Shown: positions 1 through 9,700 of the stretch, piece by piece
Numbering within the stretch: the first letter of the stretch is position 1
Layout of the letters: every line of letters begins with the position of its first letter
Source of the DNA: an uncultured delta proteobacterium
GTDB lineage: Bacteria > Myxococcota > UBA727 > VGSZ01
Reading direction: 5' to 3'
NCBI GenBank assembly: GCA_963775425.1
Contig: CAVZJB010000016.1
Location: 672,001-736,000 of the forward strand
DNA length: 64,000 nt
Made by a program: the position numbers and the translations under genes
Notes under the pieces: model-generated
What the model saw: only the letters and a program-made list of their open reading frames with translations
The model's database searches: none
Told to the model about the DNA's origin: nothing

Positions 1-1770
1 CTTGAGCGCCGTGTCGGTGGCGCCGGGGATGTTCTCGATGATGTACTCGACGTCGCAGTCGGCGCGCGTGCGCACCGCCGCGGCCATCGCCGCGTCGCGC
101 TCCTCGCCGGTGCGGCTCGCGAGCAGGGCGTCGTCGGCGACGACGGTGGTGCTGAGATCGGTGAACGCGTCGCGCAAGAACGTCACGGTGTCCATCACGA
201 ACTGGATGGGTGTGTTGATCTCGTGGGCGATGCCGGCGGCGAGCCGGCCGATGGCTTCGAGCTTCTGCGCGCTGCGCAGCTCCGCCTCCATCATCAAGCG
301 ATCGGTGACGTCGTCGGCCACGATGACGAGCGCCGACGCGTCCCGCAGCAGCGTCGCGCTCAGCTTCAGGCGGCGGTGGCCCTTGGGCAGCACGGCCTCG
401 CCGTCGAGGCGGAGCGGCTCCGGCGCGCTCGCGGCCGTGCGCGCCCAGAGCTCTTCGAACGTGGTGCCGGCGAGCAGGGCCGCGACGTCCGGCGTGTCCG
501 TGTCGGGGAAGAGCGTCCTTCCGACCTCGTTCATCATCGTGATGCGCCCCGCCCGGTCTGCGACGACCAGCACCTCGCCCATGGAGTGGACCACGTCCTC
601 GAGGTTCGCGCGCGCCGTCATCGCCGCGCGCAACGAGCCCTCGGCGCGCGCCCGGCTCTCGTCGAGCGCCTCCGCCATGCCGTTGAACGCGTCGGTGAGC
701 AAGGCGATCTCCCGCTCGCCTTCGTCCTGCGGAGGGACGCGCGCGCTGTAGTCGCCCTTGCCGACGGACACCACTGCCCGCACGAGCGCGTTGATCGGGG
801 AGGTCAGCTTGAGGAGGAGGGACCGCCCGATGAGCACGAACGCCACGAGGACGAGCAACGACGCGATCGCGATGGTGGCGATGCCGTAGACGAGGCCGGC
901 GTCCATGATCTTCGCGGGGACGGCGAGGACGACGCGGGCGCCGGGGACCGTGTCCGACGCCGAGACGGCGTTCACGGCGACCGGCGCGGCGATGGCGTAG
1001 GCGGAGAAGCGATCCCCGGTGTCGAGCGGGACGGTGCCGAAGGTGTAGCCGCGGTACCCCGGGAGAACGAGCTTCACCTCGTCGAAGGAGATGTCCGGCG
1101 CCGCAAGCTCGAGGGTGTCCACCGCGGACGGCTCGACCAGCGGGATCTCGCGGCCGTCGCGATCGAGCGCGCTCGAGGCGACGACGCGCCCGTCGACGAC
1201 GAGCGCCGCCTCGGAGCCGGAGATGTGACTGAAGCGATCGATGTACTCGCGCCCGATGACGCGGCCGCCGAAGACGTGCCCTCCCCCGGCGGTGCGCGCG
1301 CCGGCGAAGAACGCGATGCCCCTCCCACAACGCGCGACCACGTGCGCAGGACGGGCGGGCAGGACCGCGCGCGGGCACTGCGGCGGCGCCGCCACGCGCG
1401 TGCCGTCGGCGGCGACGGCGACGATCAGCTCGCCGCGCGCGTTCAGGCGGTTGAGCGCAGCGGCCCTCTCGACGACGCCGGCGCCGTCGCCGGCGTCGAT
1501 GGCGGCGGCGACGACGGGGTCCGCGGCGAGATCGGCGGCGTCGGTCTCGAGGTGGTGGAAGTACTCCTCGTCGAGCTGCCGGCCCCCGTTCGCGAGCGAC
1601 CCGCGCAGCCACTCGAACGCCCCGCGCCGCGCTCCGTACGCGAAGACGGCCGTGGTGACGGCGAGCTGGGCGGTCGCCGCGAGCGCGAGCAGCCCCACGA
1701 TCAAGAGGACCGCCCGCCTCTGCAGGGACATCTTCGGACGGCGCGCGACGGCGGACGCTCTTTGGCGCAT
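1..1770 (-). CDS. Membrane sensor histidine kinase (HAMP/PAS, NtrB-like HisKA); C-terminus runs off window edge
   Basis: Not in the ORF track. Minus-strand translation gives QKLEAIGRLAAGIAHEINTPIQFV (H-box) in frame with ATG at 1770, preceded by SD AGGAGG; two hydrophobic segments. Confidence 0.85.
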   Translation of the reverse strand, partial: MRQRASAVARRPKMSLQRRAVLLIVGLLALAATAQLAVTTAVFAYGARRGAFEWLRGSLANGGRQLDEEYFHHLETDAADLAADPVVAAAIDAGDGAGVVERAAALNRLNARGELIVAVAADGTRVAAPPQCPRAVLPARPAHVVARCGRGIAFFAGARTAGGGHVFGGRVIGREYIDRFSHISGSEAALVVDGRVVASSALDRDGREIPLVEPSAVDTLELAAPDISFDEVKLVLPGYRGYTFGTVPLDTGDRFSAYAIAAPVAVNAVSASDTVPGARVVLAVPAKIMDAGLVYGIATIAIASLLVLVAFVLIGRSLLLKLTSPINALVRAVVSVGKGDYSARVPPQDEGEREIALLTDAFNGMAEALDESRARAEGSLRAAMTARANLEDVVHSMGEVLVVADRAGRITMMNEVGRTLFPDTDTPDVAALLAGTTFEELWARTAASAPEPLRLDGEAVLPKGHRRLKLSATLLRDASALVIVADDVTDRLMMEAELRSAQKLEAIGRLAAGIAHEINTPIQFVMDTVTFLRDAFTDLSTTVVADDALLASRTGEERDAAMAAAVRTRADCDVEYIIENIPGATDTALK

Positions 1771-1879
1771 GAGACCTCCTCCCGATGCATCGCCGCTCTC
1801 CGGCGGGCCTGAAGGGGGCGCTCGGATCCGGCCCGCTTCAGTCCGGCGGCGCCGCGCCGTTGACGGGTGTGGAGGCGCG

Positions 1880-2233
1880 ATGCCCGACCCGAGACCCCGG
1901 ATCCTCGTCATCGACGACGAGCCTTTGATGCTCGAAGCGCTCAAGCGCGCGCTGCGCCGCGAGTTCGACATCGAGGTGTGCACATCGCCACAGGCGGGCC
2001 TGTCGCTCCTGCGGGAGCGCGCGTTCGCCGCGGTCATGTGCGACCTGCAGATGCCGGGGATGGACGGCTTCGACTTCCTCGACGCCGCGCGCAAGATCGC
2101 GCCGGGAACGCCGCAGCTCCTCTTCACCGGCACGCTCGACGAGGCCTTGCATATCGAGACGCCGTTCCGCCTGGTCGCCAAGCCGTGCCCGAACGACCGG
2201 CTCGCGCAGATCCTCCGCGACGTTACGGCGTGA
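1880..2233 (+). CDS. Stand-alone response regulator receiver domain
   Basis: RILVIDDEP...CDLQMPGMDG...FTG...KP receiver motifs; GGAGG before ATG 1880. Confidence 0.9.
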   Translation: MPDPRPRILVIDDEPLMLEALKRALRREFDIEVCTSPQAGLSLLRERAFAAVMCDLQMPGMDGFDFLDAARKIAPGTPQLLFTGTLDEALHIETPFRLVAKPCPNDRLAQILRDVTA

Positions 2234-3647
2234 GCCCGCCGGCGCCGCGGCGTCGCGCGAGCACCTTCACGGGGCTCGAAGGGCGCACGGTCGCTATCAT
2301 CATCGGATCGATGCGCTGGCCCGGCACCATCCGCACGTCGAAGCGCTGCAGCATCATGGCGACGATGAGCACCGTCTCGAGCAGCGAGAAGTTGTTGCCG
2401 ATGCAGATGCGCTGACCGCCGGAAAACGGCAGGTAGCACCACGGGGGACGCGCGCGCTTGTTGTCCTCGGTGAAGCGATCGGGGTCGAAGCGCTCCGGGT
2501 CCGTCCAGAAGTCGGGGTGGCGGTGCACCCCCCAGAAGAACGGCATCACGAAGTCGCCGGCGTGGATGCGCCGGCCGAGGATGACGTCGTCGGCGACGGC
2601 GGTGCGCACGTTCACGGCGACGGGCCCCCGCAGGCGCAGGGTCTCGTCGACCACGCGCCGCAAGAGGCCGAGCCTCGGGACGTCGTCGAACGCGGGGGCG
2701 CGCGCGCCGACGACGTCGTCGACCTCCTGCCGCATCCGCGCGACGAGATCGTCCTCGCCTTCGAGCAGGGTGAACATCCACGTCAGCGTCAACGCCGTGG
2801 TCTCGTGGCCCGCGACGAAGAGCGTGAAGACCTCGTCGCGCACCTCGCGATCCGTGAGCGGCGCGCCGGTGTCCGCGTCCACGCTCTGCAACAGCATGGT
2901 GAGGAGCGTGCCGTCGCCCTCCGGGTGCGCCGCCAGGCGTTTGCGCCCTGCGGCGATGACGCGCATGACGGCGCCCTCGAGCTCGTTCATCACGCGCCGC
3001 ATGCGCCGGTTGCCCGCCGTGGGGATCCACTCGGGCAGGCTGATGCCGTTGGCGCGGGAAGAGACGAGCTCGAGGGCGGCGCCGAGGGACTCGTAGGAGA
3101 CGTCACCGACGCCACCGAGGTCGCGGCCGAACAGCGCGCCGACGACGACGTCGAGCGCGAGCGCCACCATGTGACGGTGCGCGTCGATCTCGAGCGGCGC
3201 GCCGTCCTCGGGCAGCTCGGCGTGCAGCTTGTCGAGGAACGCCGCCGTGGTCTCCACCATGATGCGCGCCATGTCGGCGAGGGCCGCGCGGTGAAACGAC
3301 GGCTGCATCAGGCTGCGGCGCTTGCGCCACTCGTGGCCTTCGAGGGTCAGGACCCCGTTGCCGATGATGCGGCGGACGCCGTCGTAGGTGGAGCCCTTGA
3401 CGTAGTTTTTGCGGTTGTCGGCGAGCACGCGCGCGATGCCGAGCGGGTGCGCGACGCACACCGCCTTCATGCCCATGTTGACGCGAAAGACGTCGCCGTG
3501 GCCGCGCCACGCCTCCTCGAGGAACCCGATGGTCCCCTTCTTGCGGATCTCGGGGATGCTGCCGACGAGCGGCCAGCCGCGCGGCCCGGCGGGATCGCGG
3601 GGGCGGGCGGCGCGGGCGGCGATGACGTCCTCGGTGACGGCGACCAT
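2223..3647 (-). CDS. Cytochrome P450
   Basis: AGHETT I-helix, ETLR (ExxR), PERFDPDRF, heme motif FSGGQRICIG. Confidence 0.97.
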   Translation of the reverse strand: MVAVTEDVIAARAARPRDPAGPRGWPLVGSIPEIRKKGTIGFLEEAWRGHGDVFRVNMGMKAVCVAHPLGIARVLADNRKNYVKGSTYDGVRRIIGNGVLTLEGHEWRKRRSLMQPSFHRAALADMARIMVETTAAFLDKLHAELPEDGAPLEIDAHRHMVALALDVVVGALFGRDLGGVGDVSYESLGAALELVSSRANGISLPEWIPTAGNRRMRRVMNELEGAVMRVIAAGRKRLAAHPEGDGTLLTMLLQSVDADTGAPLTDREVRDEVFTLFVAGHETTALTLTWMFTLLEGEDDLVARMRQEVDDVVGARAPAFDDVPRLGLLRRVVDETLRLRGPVAVNVRTAVADDVILGRRIHAGDFVMPFFWGVHRHPDFWTDPERFDPDRFTEDNKRARPPWCYLPFSGGQRICIGNNFSLLETVLIVAMMLQRFDVRMVPGQRIDPMMIATVRPSSPVKVLARRRGAGGLTP

Positions 3648-3653
3648 GCCTCG

Positions 3654-3686
3654 AAGCTAGGGCTGGACTTGCCACTTGGCAAGTCC
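3654..3686 (-). promoter_or_regulatory. Leaderless sigma70-type promoter for the P450 with overlapping palindromic (TetR-type) operator
   Basis: Minus strand TTGCCA-17nt-TAGCTT-6nt-ATG; perfect 10-bp inverted repeat GGACTTGCCA-ct-TGGCAAGTCC at 3665-3686. Confidence 0.7.
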
Positions 3687-3713
3687 GGCTGGGCGCCGCG
3701 AAGGTCGCTGCGC

Positions 3714-4358
3714 TCAGTCGAGGTGGCTGCCGCGGCGGATGAGGCGGATCGCCGCGTCGTTCACCCGGCGTCGCCACGCGGGATCTCCCCGGCCGCCGCC
3801 GTGGACGAGCGCACCGACGGTCAACAGGAGGCCGGCGATGGCGGTGACGTGGGCCTCGGCGTCGAAGTCGCTCAGCGCGGGATCCGCGGCGGCGCCCTCG
3901 GCCTCGACGATGTCGACGACGGCGCGCAGCCACGGGTCCGACTGCTCCTTGAGCCACGTGGTGGCGGCGCGCGGGTCGTCGAGGAGCTCGCGCAGGACGA
4001 AGCGGCACTCCTCGGGCGCCCGCTCCGTGAAACGCACCACGGCGTCGACGACGAGGCGGTAGCCCTCCATGGTCTGGCTCGTCAGGTCGCCGACGATCAC
4101 GGGGAAGAGCGCCCGCAGCCGCTCCGAGAGGAGCGCGTACACGGCCGCACGGAGCTGCTGCTTGGTGGGGAAGTGGTGCATGAGCGCCTGCTTGCTCATG
4201 CCGACGCGCTCGGCGACGTCCTGGATGCTCGTCGCGCCCACGCCGTGCTCCGCGAACGCGGTGAGCGCCGCGCCCACGATGCGCTCGCGCGGCGGCGCCG
4301 TGGGCGCAGGCGCGCGACGTCGCCGCGCGCGCTCCGGCCGGGGGCGTCGGGGCGTCAG
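3714..4358 (-). CDS. TetR/AcrR family transcriptional regulator (start uncertain)
   Basis: RERIVGAALTAFAEHGVGATSIQDVAERVGMSKQALMHHFPTKQQL TetR HTH; no clear ATG, possible CTG overlapping the tag stop. Confidence 0.85.
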   Translation of the reverse strand: MTPRRPRPERARRRRAPAPTAPPRERIVGAALTAFAEHGVGATSIQDVAERVGMSKQALMHHFPTKQQLRAAVYALLSERLRALFPVIVGDLTSQTMEGYRLVVDAVVRFTERAPEECRFVLRELLDDPRAATTWLKEQSDPWLRAVVDIVEAEGAAADPALSDFDAEAHVTAIAGLLLTVGALVHGGGRGDPAWRRRVNDAAIRLIRRGSHLD

Positions 4359-4927
4359 CGCTGGACCTCGCTCCAGCGAAAGCAGCCCACGAGGTGGTCG
4401 TTGACCATGCCCGTCGCCTGCATGTGCGCGTACACGACGGTGCTGCCGACGAAGCTGAAGCCGCGGGCGATGAGGTCCTTGCTGAACGCATCGGACTCCC
4501 GCGTCTTGGCCGGGATCTCCCGCGACGCGCGGCGCCGGTTCACCTTGGGCTTGTCGCCGACGAAGCGCCACGAGTAGCGCGCGAAGCTGCCGTGCTCCTC
4601 GCACACCGCCAGGAAGGCGCGCGCGTTCTTGACGGCGGCGACAATCTTCTGCCGGTTGCGGATGATGCCGGCGTTCTGCATGAGCTTCGCGATCCGGGGC
4701 TCGCCGTAGCGCGCGACCTTCTCGACGTCGAACCCGTCGAACGCGGCGCGGAAGCTCTCGCGCTTGTTGAGGACGGTGCTCCAGGACAGGCCCGCCTGCA
4801 TCCCCTCGAGGACGAGGAACTCGAAGAGCTTCTCGTCGTCGCGGAGCGGGACGCCCCACTCCTCGTCGTGGTAGGTGCGCATCAGGTCTGACGAGATCCA
4901 CGTGCAGCGCTTGCGGCCGTCGGTCAT
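4355..4927 (-). CDS. tag: DNA-3-methyladenine glycosylase I
   Basis: RC-W...YHDEEWG...LFEFLVLEGMQAGLSW...IIRNRQKI...MQATGMVNDHLVGC. Confidence 0.96.
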   Translation of the reverse strand: MTDGRKRCTWISSDLMRTYHDEEWGVPLRDDEKLFEFLVLEGMQAGLSWSTVLNKRESFRAAFDGFDVEKVARYGEPRIAKLMQNAGIIRNRQKIVAAVKNARAFLAVCEEHGSFARYSWRFVGDKPKVNRRRASREIPAKTRESDAFSKDLIARGFSFVGSTVVYAHMQATGMVNDHLVGCFRWSEVQR

Positions 4928-4970
4928 GCGCGAATCCTACCGCGGCGATGCTTCGGTGTAGCGTCGCTCC

Positions 4971-5582
4971 ATGGAACGCATCAAGGTTCAGCTCATCATC
5001 GGGAGCACGCGCAGGAACCGCTACGCCGACAAGCCGGCCGCCTGGGTCGTCGAGGAGCTGAAAGGCCGCGGCGACGTCGACGTCGAGATCGTGGACCTGC
5101 GCGACCACCCCCTGCCCTTCTACGACGAGCCCATCGCGCCCATGCGCGTCACCGACGGCGGCTACGAAAACGAGGAGGTGCGGCGCTTCGGCGCCCGCAT
5201 CGCCAAGGCCGACGCCTACGTCGTCACCGCCGCCGAGTACAACCACGGCTACACGGCGGTGCTCAAGAACGCCTTGGACTGCCTCTACCACGAGTGGACG
5301 CGCAAACCGGTCACGTTCGTCGGCTGGGGCGGCGCCAACGGCGCGCGCGCCATCGAGCAGTTGCGGCAGGTGGCCGTGGAGCTGCAGATGGCGCCCATCC
5401 AGCTCTCGGTGAACATCCCCCTCGACGTCTTCCTGGCCACGCGCAACGCCCCGGATCCCGCGGACCCGGCGCTGTGGGCACCGCTGCGGGACAAGGCGCA
5501 CCGCACCTTCGATCAGCTCGCGTGGTGGGCCCACGCGCTGCGCGCCGCGCGGCGAGCGAGCGACGCCGGGAGCGCCGCGTGA
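4971..5582 (+). CDS. NAD(P)H-dependent FMN reductase
   Basis: IIGSTRRNR...AEYNHGYTAVLKNALD...GGANGARAIEQLR. Confidence 0.92.
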   Translation: MERIKVQLIIGSTRRNRYADKPAAWVVEELKGRGDVDVEIVDLRDHPLPFYDEPIAPMRVTDGGYENEEVRRFGARIAKADAYVVTAAEYNHGYTAVLKNALDCLYHEWTRKPVTFVGWGGANGARAIEQLRQVAVELQMAPIQLSVNIPLDVFLATRNAPDPADPALWAPLRDKAHRTFDQLAWWAHALRAARRASDAGSAA

Positions 5583-5758
5583 GGGAGCTCAGCGCGAACC
5601 CGCTCTACTTCCAGACGCGGCCCGCCGCGGGTGTCCCCGAGGAGGCCGAGCTGCTCGCCGCGGGGATGCTCACCGCCTGGGCCGCGTCGCGCATCGGGCT
5701 CGACGGCGGCCAGGTGTTGCGCGCGGGCAGCGTGGCCGGCGCCGGCCCAAGAGGCGGT

Positions 5759-5834
5759 TGGTGGGTCGGGCGGGACTTGAACCCGCGACCAACGGATTAA
5801 AAGTCCGCTGCTCTACCAACTGAGCTACCGACCC
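5759..5834 (-). tRNA. tRNA-Lys(UUU)
   Basis: GGGTCGGTAGCTCAGTTGGTAGAGCAGCGGACTTTTAATCCGTTGGTCGCGGGTTCAAGTCCCGCCCGACCCACCA; cloverleaf, anticodon TTT, encoded CCA. Confidence 0.98.
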
Positions 5835-5918
5835 GTGTTCCCCTCGTAGCCGCATCCGTCGCCCCTGCCAACGTGTCGCCAGACGAGCCCACCACGTCGG
5901 GGGCGCGGCGGCGGGCGC

Positions 5919-5957
5919 GGCGGAGCGGCGAGGCGGAGCGGCGAGGCGGAGCGGCGA
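5919..5957. repeat. 13-bp tandem repeat x3 (GGCGGAGCGGCGA)
   Basis: Read directly; lies between mlpA and the tRNA; bracketed by GACGAGCCC at 5882 and 5960. Confidence 0.85.
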
Positions 5958-5973
5958 GGGACGAGCCCCCGCC

Positions 5974-6786
5974 CTACTTCAGGATGGGCAGCGATGCCTT
6001 CGAGGGGTCGGCGTCGAGGACGCAGAGGAAGGTGCCGCCGATGGGCTCGCACTTGGTCGGGAAGTCGGGGCTGATGCCCGAGCCGACGGCGATGCCCTTG
6101 TCGGGGATGGCCACCGGGCTGCAGAAGTCCTCGTTGGCGATGAGGTTGCCGTCGGCGTCCTCGTCGCTGCAGTCCACCGCCGGGAACAGCGCGAGCACAT
6201 CGTACTCGGCGCTGCAGCCGGCGACGTTGTCGGTGATCTTGTAGTGGGCCTTCACCTGCGTGCCCTCCGCGGCCGCCGTCACGTAGACGCCGACGTCGTT
6301 CCAGTCCTCCTGGATGTCGACGGCGTCCTGGCCGGGGATGTCGTCCGTCGGGTCGTTGGGCGTCCCCGCGTCGTCGGCGGGGATGGCGTCGAGCACCTGG
6401 TGCGACGAGGCCAATGTGGGCGAGCAAATGTCGTTGGCGTCGGGGATGGCGGACTTGAAGGCGCCGAACGCGAAGGGGTTGTCACCCGAAGTGGTGTCCT
6501 TCACGGCGTTGGCCACCAACGAGCCGAGCGCGAGCGTGCGGATGGCCATCGACACCTTCGTGAGGTCCTCCGCCGTGCCTTCCTTGTTCTTCGGGCTGTA
6601 CGAGGACATGCCGAGCTGATCGCCGGCCATCCCCGAGCAGGGGCTGCCGTCGTCGGCGGTGGTCTGCGCGTACTTGGCCGCGTACGGCGCGAACGCCGAC
6701 ACCTGGCAACCCGGCGGCGGCTGCGAGCAGGCCGCGAGGGCGGCGACGGTGAGGACGGCGAGGAGGGAGAGGATGGTGGTCTTCAT
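5974..6786 (-). CDS. mlpA: MlpA-like myxobacterial lipoprotein
   Basis: Lipobox LAAC; Cys pattern and motifs QP..C.V...AAKY, VY.AA..GTQ, GC...Y...A.FP, GSGISPDF...C recall M. xanthus MlpA; directly downstream of oar. Confidence 0.8.
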   Translation of the reverse strand: MKTTILSLLAVLTVAALAACSQPPPGCQVSAFAPYAAKYAQTTADDGSPCSGMAGDQLGMSSYSPKNKEGTAEDLTKVSMAIRTLALGSLVANAVKDTTSGDNPFAFGAFKSAIPDANDICSPTLASSHQVLDAIPADDAGTPNDPTDDIPGQDAVDIQEDWNDVGVYVTAAAEGTQVKAHYKITDNVAGCSAEYDVLALFPAVDCSDEDADGNLIANEDFCSPVAIPDKGIAVGSGISPDFPTKCEPIGGTFLCVLDADPSKASLPILK

Positions 6787-6797
6787 GGGTGTCCTCC

Positions 6798-9700
6798 TCA
6801 AAACGACCAGCGAGCGCCGAGGCTCACGGTGCGGGGCGCCTGGAACTGCAACGGCTGGCCGAAGTTGGGGTTCTTGTCGACCGGGTCGAAGCTCGTGTTG
6901 TCCGCGTTCTTCAGCTTGCTCAGGTCCTTCCTGGTGCACGAGTCCTGCACGCCCTTCTGGCAGTTGATGAGCGGGTTGACGTCGGCGGCGGTGAACTCCT
7001 CGTCGAGCAGGATGGGCGACTGGAAGTTGAAGATGTTGAACACGTCGAGCGTGAGCTCCACCGCTTGCCCTTTGAACGGGCTGAAGGTGAAGCCGACCTT
7101 CCCGTCGAGGGAGAACGAGGGCGGGAGGCGATCGCCGCTGCCGCGGGGGAGGATGAAGACCTCCTTGCCGCCGTACACCGGGTGGCTGCCGAGGAGGTTC
7201 GAGGGCGCGCCCGACTGCGCGGAGCCGGCGGCGCCGACCGTGAAGTGCGTGTCGTACGCGGTCTGGAACTCGCGAGCGCCGAAGAACTTCACGGTGTGCG
7301 TGTGGTCGAACGGCAACGGGCCGTTGCGGTTGACGACGAGCGACTTCAAGTCGAAGTCGGAGTTGATGTTCGGATCGAGCTGCTCGGTCTCGGGCCGGAA
7401 GAGGCCCGCGTAGTTGCCGGTCAACGAGGAGAGCGTGTAGCTCGCCTCCGCCAGCCACTCGTCGCCCCACTGCTTGTAGAACTGCAGCGTGAGGGCGTCG
7501 TAGTTGCGCTGGGCGATGGGGAAGTCGCTAGCGATGCCGAAGCCGGGGTTGCCGATGAAGTAGGTGTTGGCCTCGTCGCGGCTCATGTCCTCGATGGTGC
7601 GCGTGCAGAGCGCGCCGCCGCCGACGCTCTCGGCGCCGTTCCACGGGCAGCCGATCCAGCGGCGGGTGTACGTGGCCGACACGCGGGCGTCCTTGAACAC
7701 CTCGGCCTCGGCGCCGAGCATGATCTCGTCGGACGCCGACGGCTGGATGTCCGGGTCGATGGGCGTGCGACCGGCGCCGACGATCAGGTACTTCTGGTTG
7801 GGCGCGCTCGGGTCGTTGATGACGAAGCGGTTGGCGTCGGTGCGGCAAGCGGAGTCCGCGCCGTTGAGCTGCTTGGGGTCGCGCGGGTCGCACGCCGAGG
7901 CGTCGTGCACGGCGATGGGCGAAGGCTCGGGCGTTCCCTGACGGTCGGCGATGTCGAGCGGGATGGTCTCGTAATAGCGCGCGTACGACCCGAAGATCTT
8001 GAGCTTGCCCGACTGCAGCGGGTCCACGATGACGCCGGCGCGCGGCGACAGCTCGTTGGGCATGGCGAGCGCGGTGACGTTGTCGCCGCCCTGGAGCCAC
8101 TCACCGTCGTAGCGCAGGCCGAGGTTCACGGTGAGCAGATCGTTCAAGCTCCACGAGTCCTGCAGGAAGCCTGCGACGAAGAAGTCGTGGGTGACGGCGT
8201 GCAGGGAGTCGAGGTGCACGACGTTGTTGGGATCGGTGTCCGGCCCGGTGAGGAAGCCGAAGCCGCGGTTGTCGGAGTAGCTGCTGCCGCTGGTGCTCTC
8301 CTTGAACAGGAGGCCGCCGCCGTACGCCTTGAGCTCGTCGTAGGCGCCGTAGCCGACCTCGGCGCCGGCCTTGAGCACGTGCAGGCCGAGGAAATCCGCG
8401 AGGTACGTGGTGACGTGGCGGAGCTGGACGAGGTTGAACTGCTGCTCCTCCATGATGCCGTTGCCGCCGAACTGGTACGACGTCACCGGGCACTCCGTGG
8501 CGTTGTCGGTGCCCGCGGGATCGCAGCCGGCGCTGTCCGGCACGACCTCGAAGTCCGTGATGGAGTGCGGGCCGGGGTTCGAGCGGCGGAAGAACACGCG
8601 CGGGATGGCCGCGAGGCCCTTGCCGGAGCCGATGGCGCTGCCGTCCGACGGCGTCTCGCCGCCGAGCTCGTTGTGGTAGCCGATGCTGGTGTCGAGCTTG
8701 AGCTTCTTGTTCAACAGCGACGACGTCCACTTCACCTCGGCGTCGACGGCGCCCGAGCGGCGGATGTGGGCGAGCGCGGGGAAGCTGCCCTCGAACTGGT
8801 TCTCGCCGATGCCCTGCTCGGGGCGGCCGGTGAGGGGATCGATGCTGAGCTTGCCGTTGCCGCCGGACACCGTGGGCGTGGCGAGCAAGGTGAAGCTCAG
8901 GCGGTTGTCCTCGTTGGCGAGCCAGGTGAGCTTGGCGATGGCCTGCAGGCCCGTGCCCTCGGCGAAGAAGTCCTTCCGGGTGCCCTGGATCTCGGTTCCG
9001 TCGCTCTTGAACAGGCGGCGGGTGACCTTGAAGGACTGCTGGTTGAGGTCCGCGCCGACGTAGTACCAGAGCGAGTCCGGCAGGATGGGGCCGCCGAGCT
9101 CGAAGCCGACGTCACCGACGTAGTTGAGGCTCGGCTGCACACGGATGGCCGAGCCGTTGTTGGCCGCGAGCTGGCGCTCACCCTCGAGGAAGCCGGGGGA
9201 GCCGTTGGCGAACACGGAGCCGTGGGTCTCGTTGCCGCCGCTCTTGGTGACGACGTTCAACAGGCCGCCCATGCTGCGCCCGTACTCGGGCATGTAGCCG
9301 CCGGTGATGACGCTGACCTCGTCGATGAACTCGAGCGAGAGGGGCGAGCCGAGGTAGCCGTAGCCCGTGTTGTTCACGCTGATGCCGTCGATGACGTACT
9401 GGTTCTCGACGGACGTGGCGCCGTTGACGCCGGCGCCGTAGACGTCGTCCTGGACCTGCGGCATGGCGTGCGCCGCCGCCTCGAACGAGCGCTGCGCGCC
9501 GCCGCGGCCGCCGGGCGCCACCAGAGGCACGCGGCGCGTGACGTCGCTGTTCAAGGTGCCGCCGCTCTGCGTGGAGCCGACGTCGACGACGGGCGCGGTG
9601 GCGACGACGCGCACCGTGTCCCCGGCGCCCGCCGACAGGGAGCTCGACGACTTGTAGATGACGGCGTCGTAGCGAAGGGTGGCGCCCGCGCGGAGCTTGA

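Noticed and set aside
5759-5834. tRNA-anchored genomic island or prophage
   Set aside because: No integrase, phage genes or duplicated tRNA 3' end seen; flanking composition is host-like.
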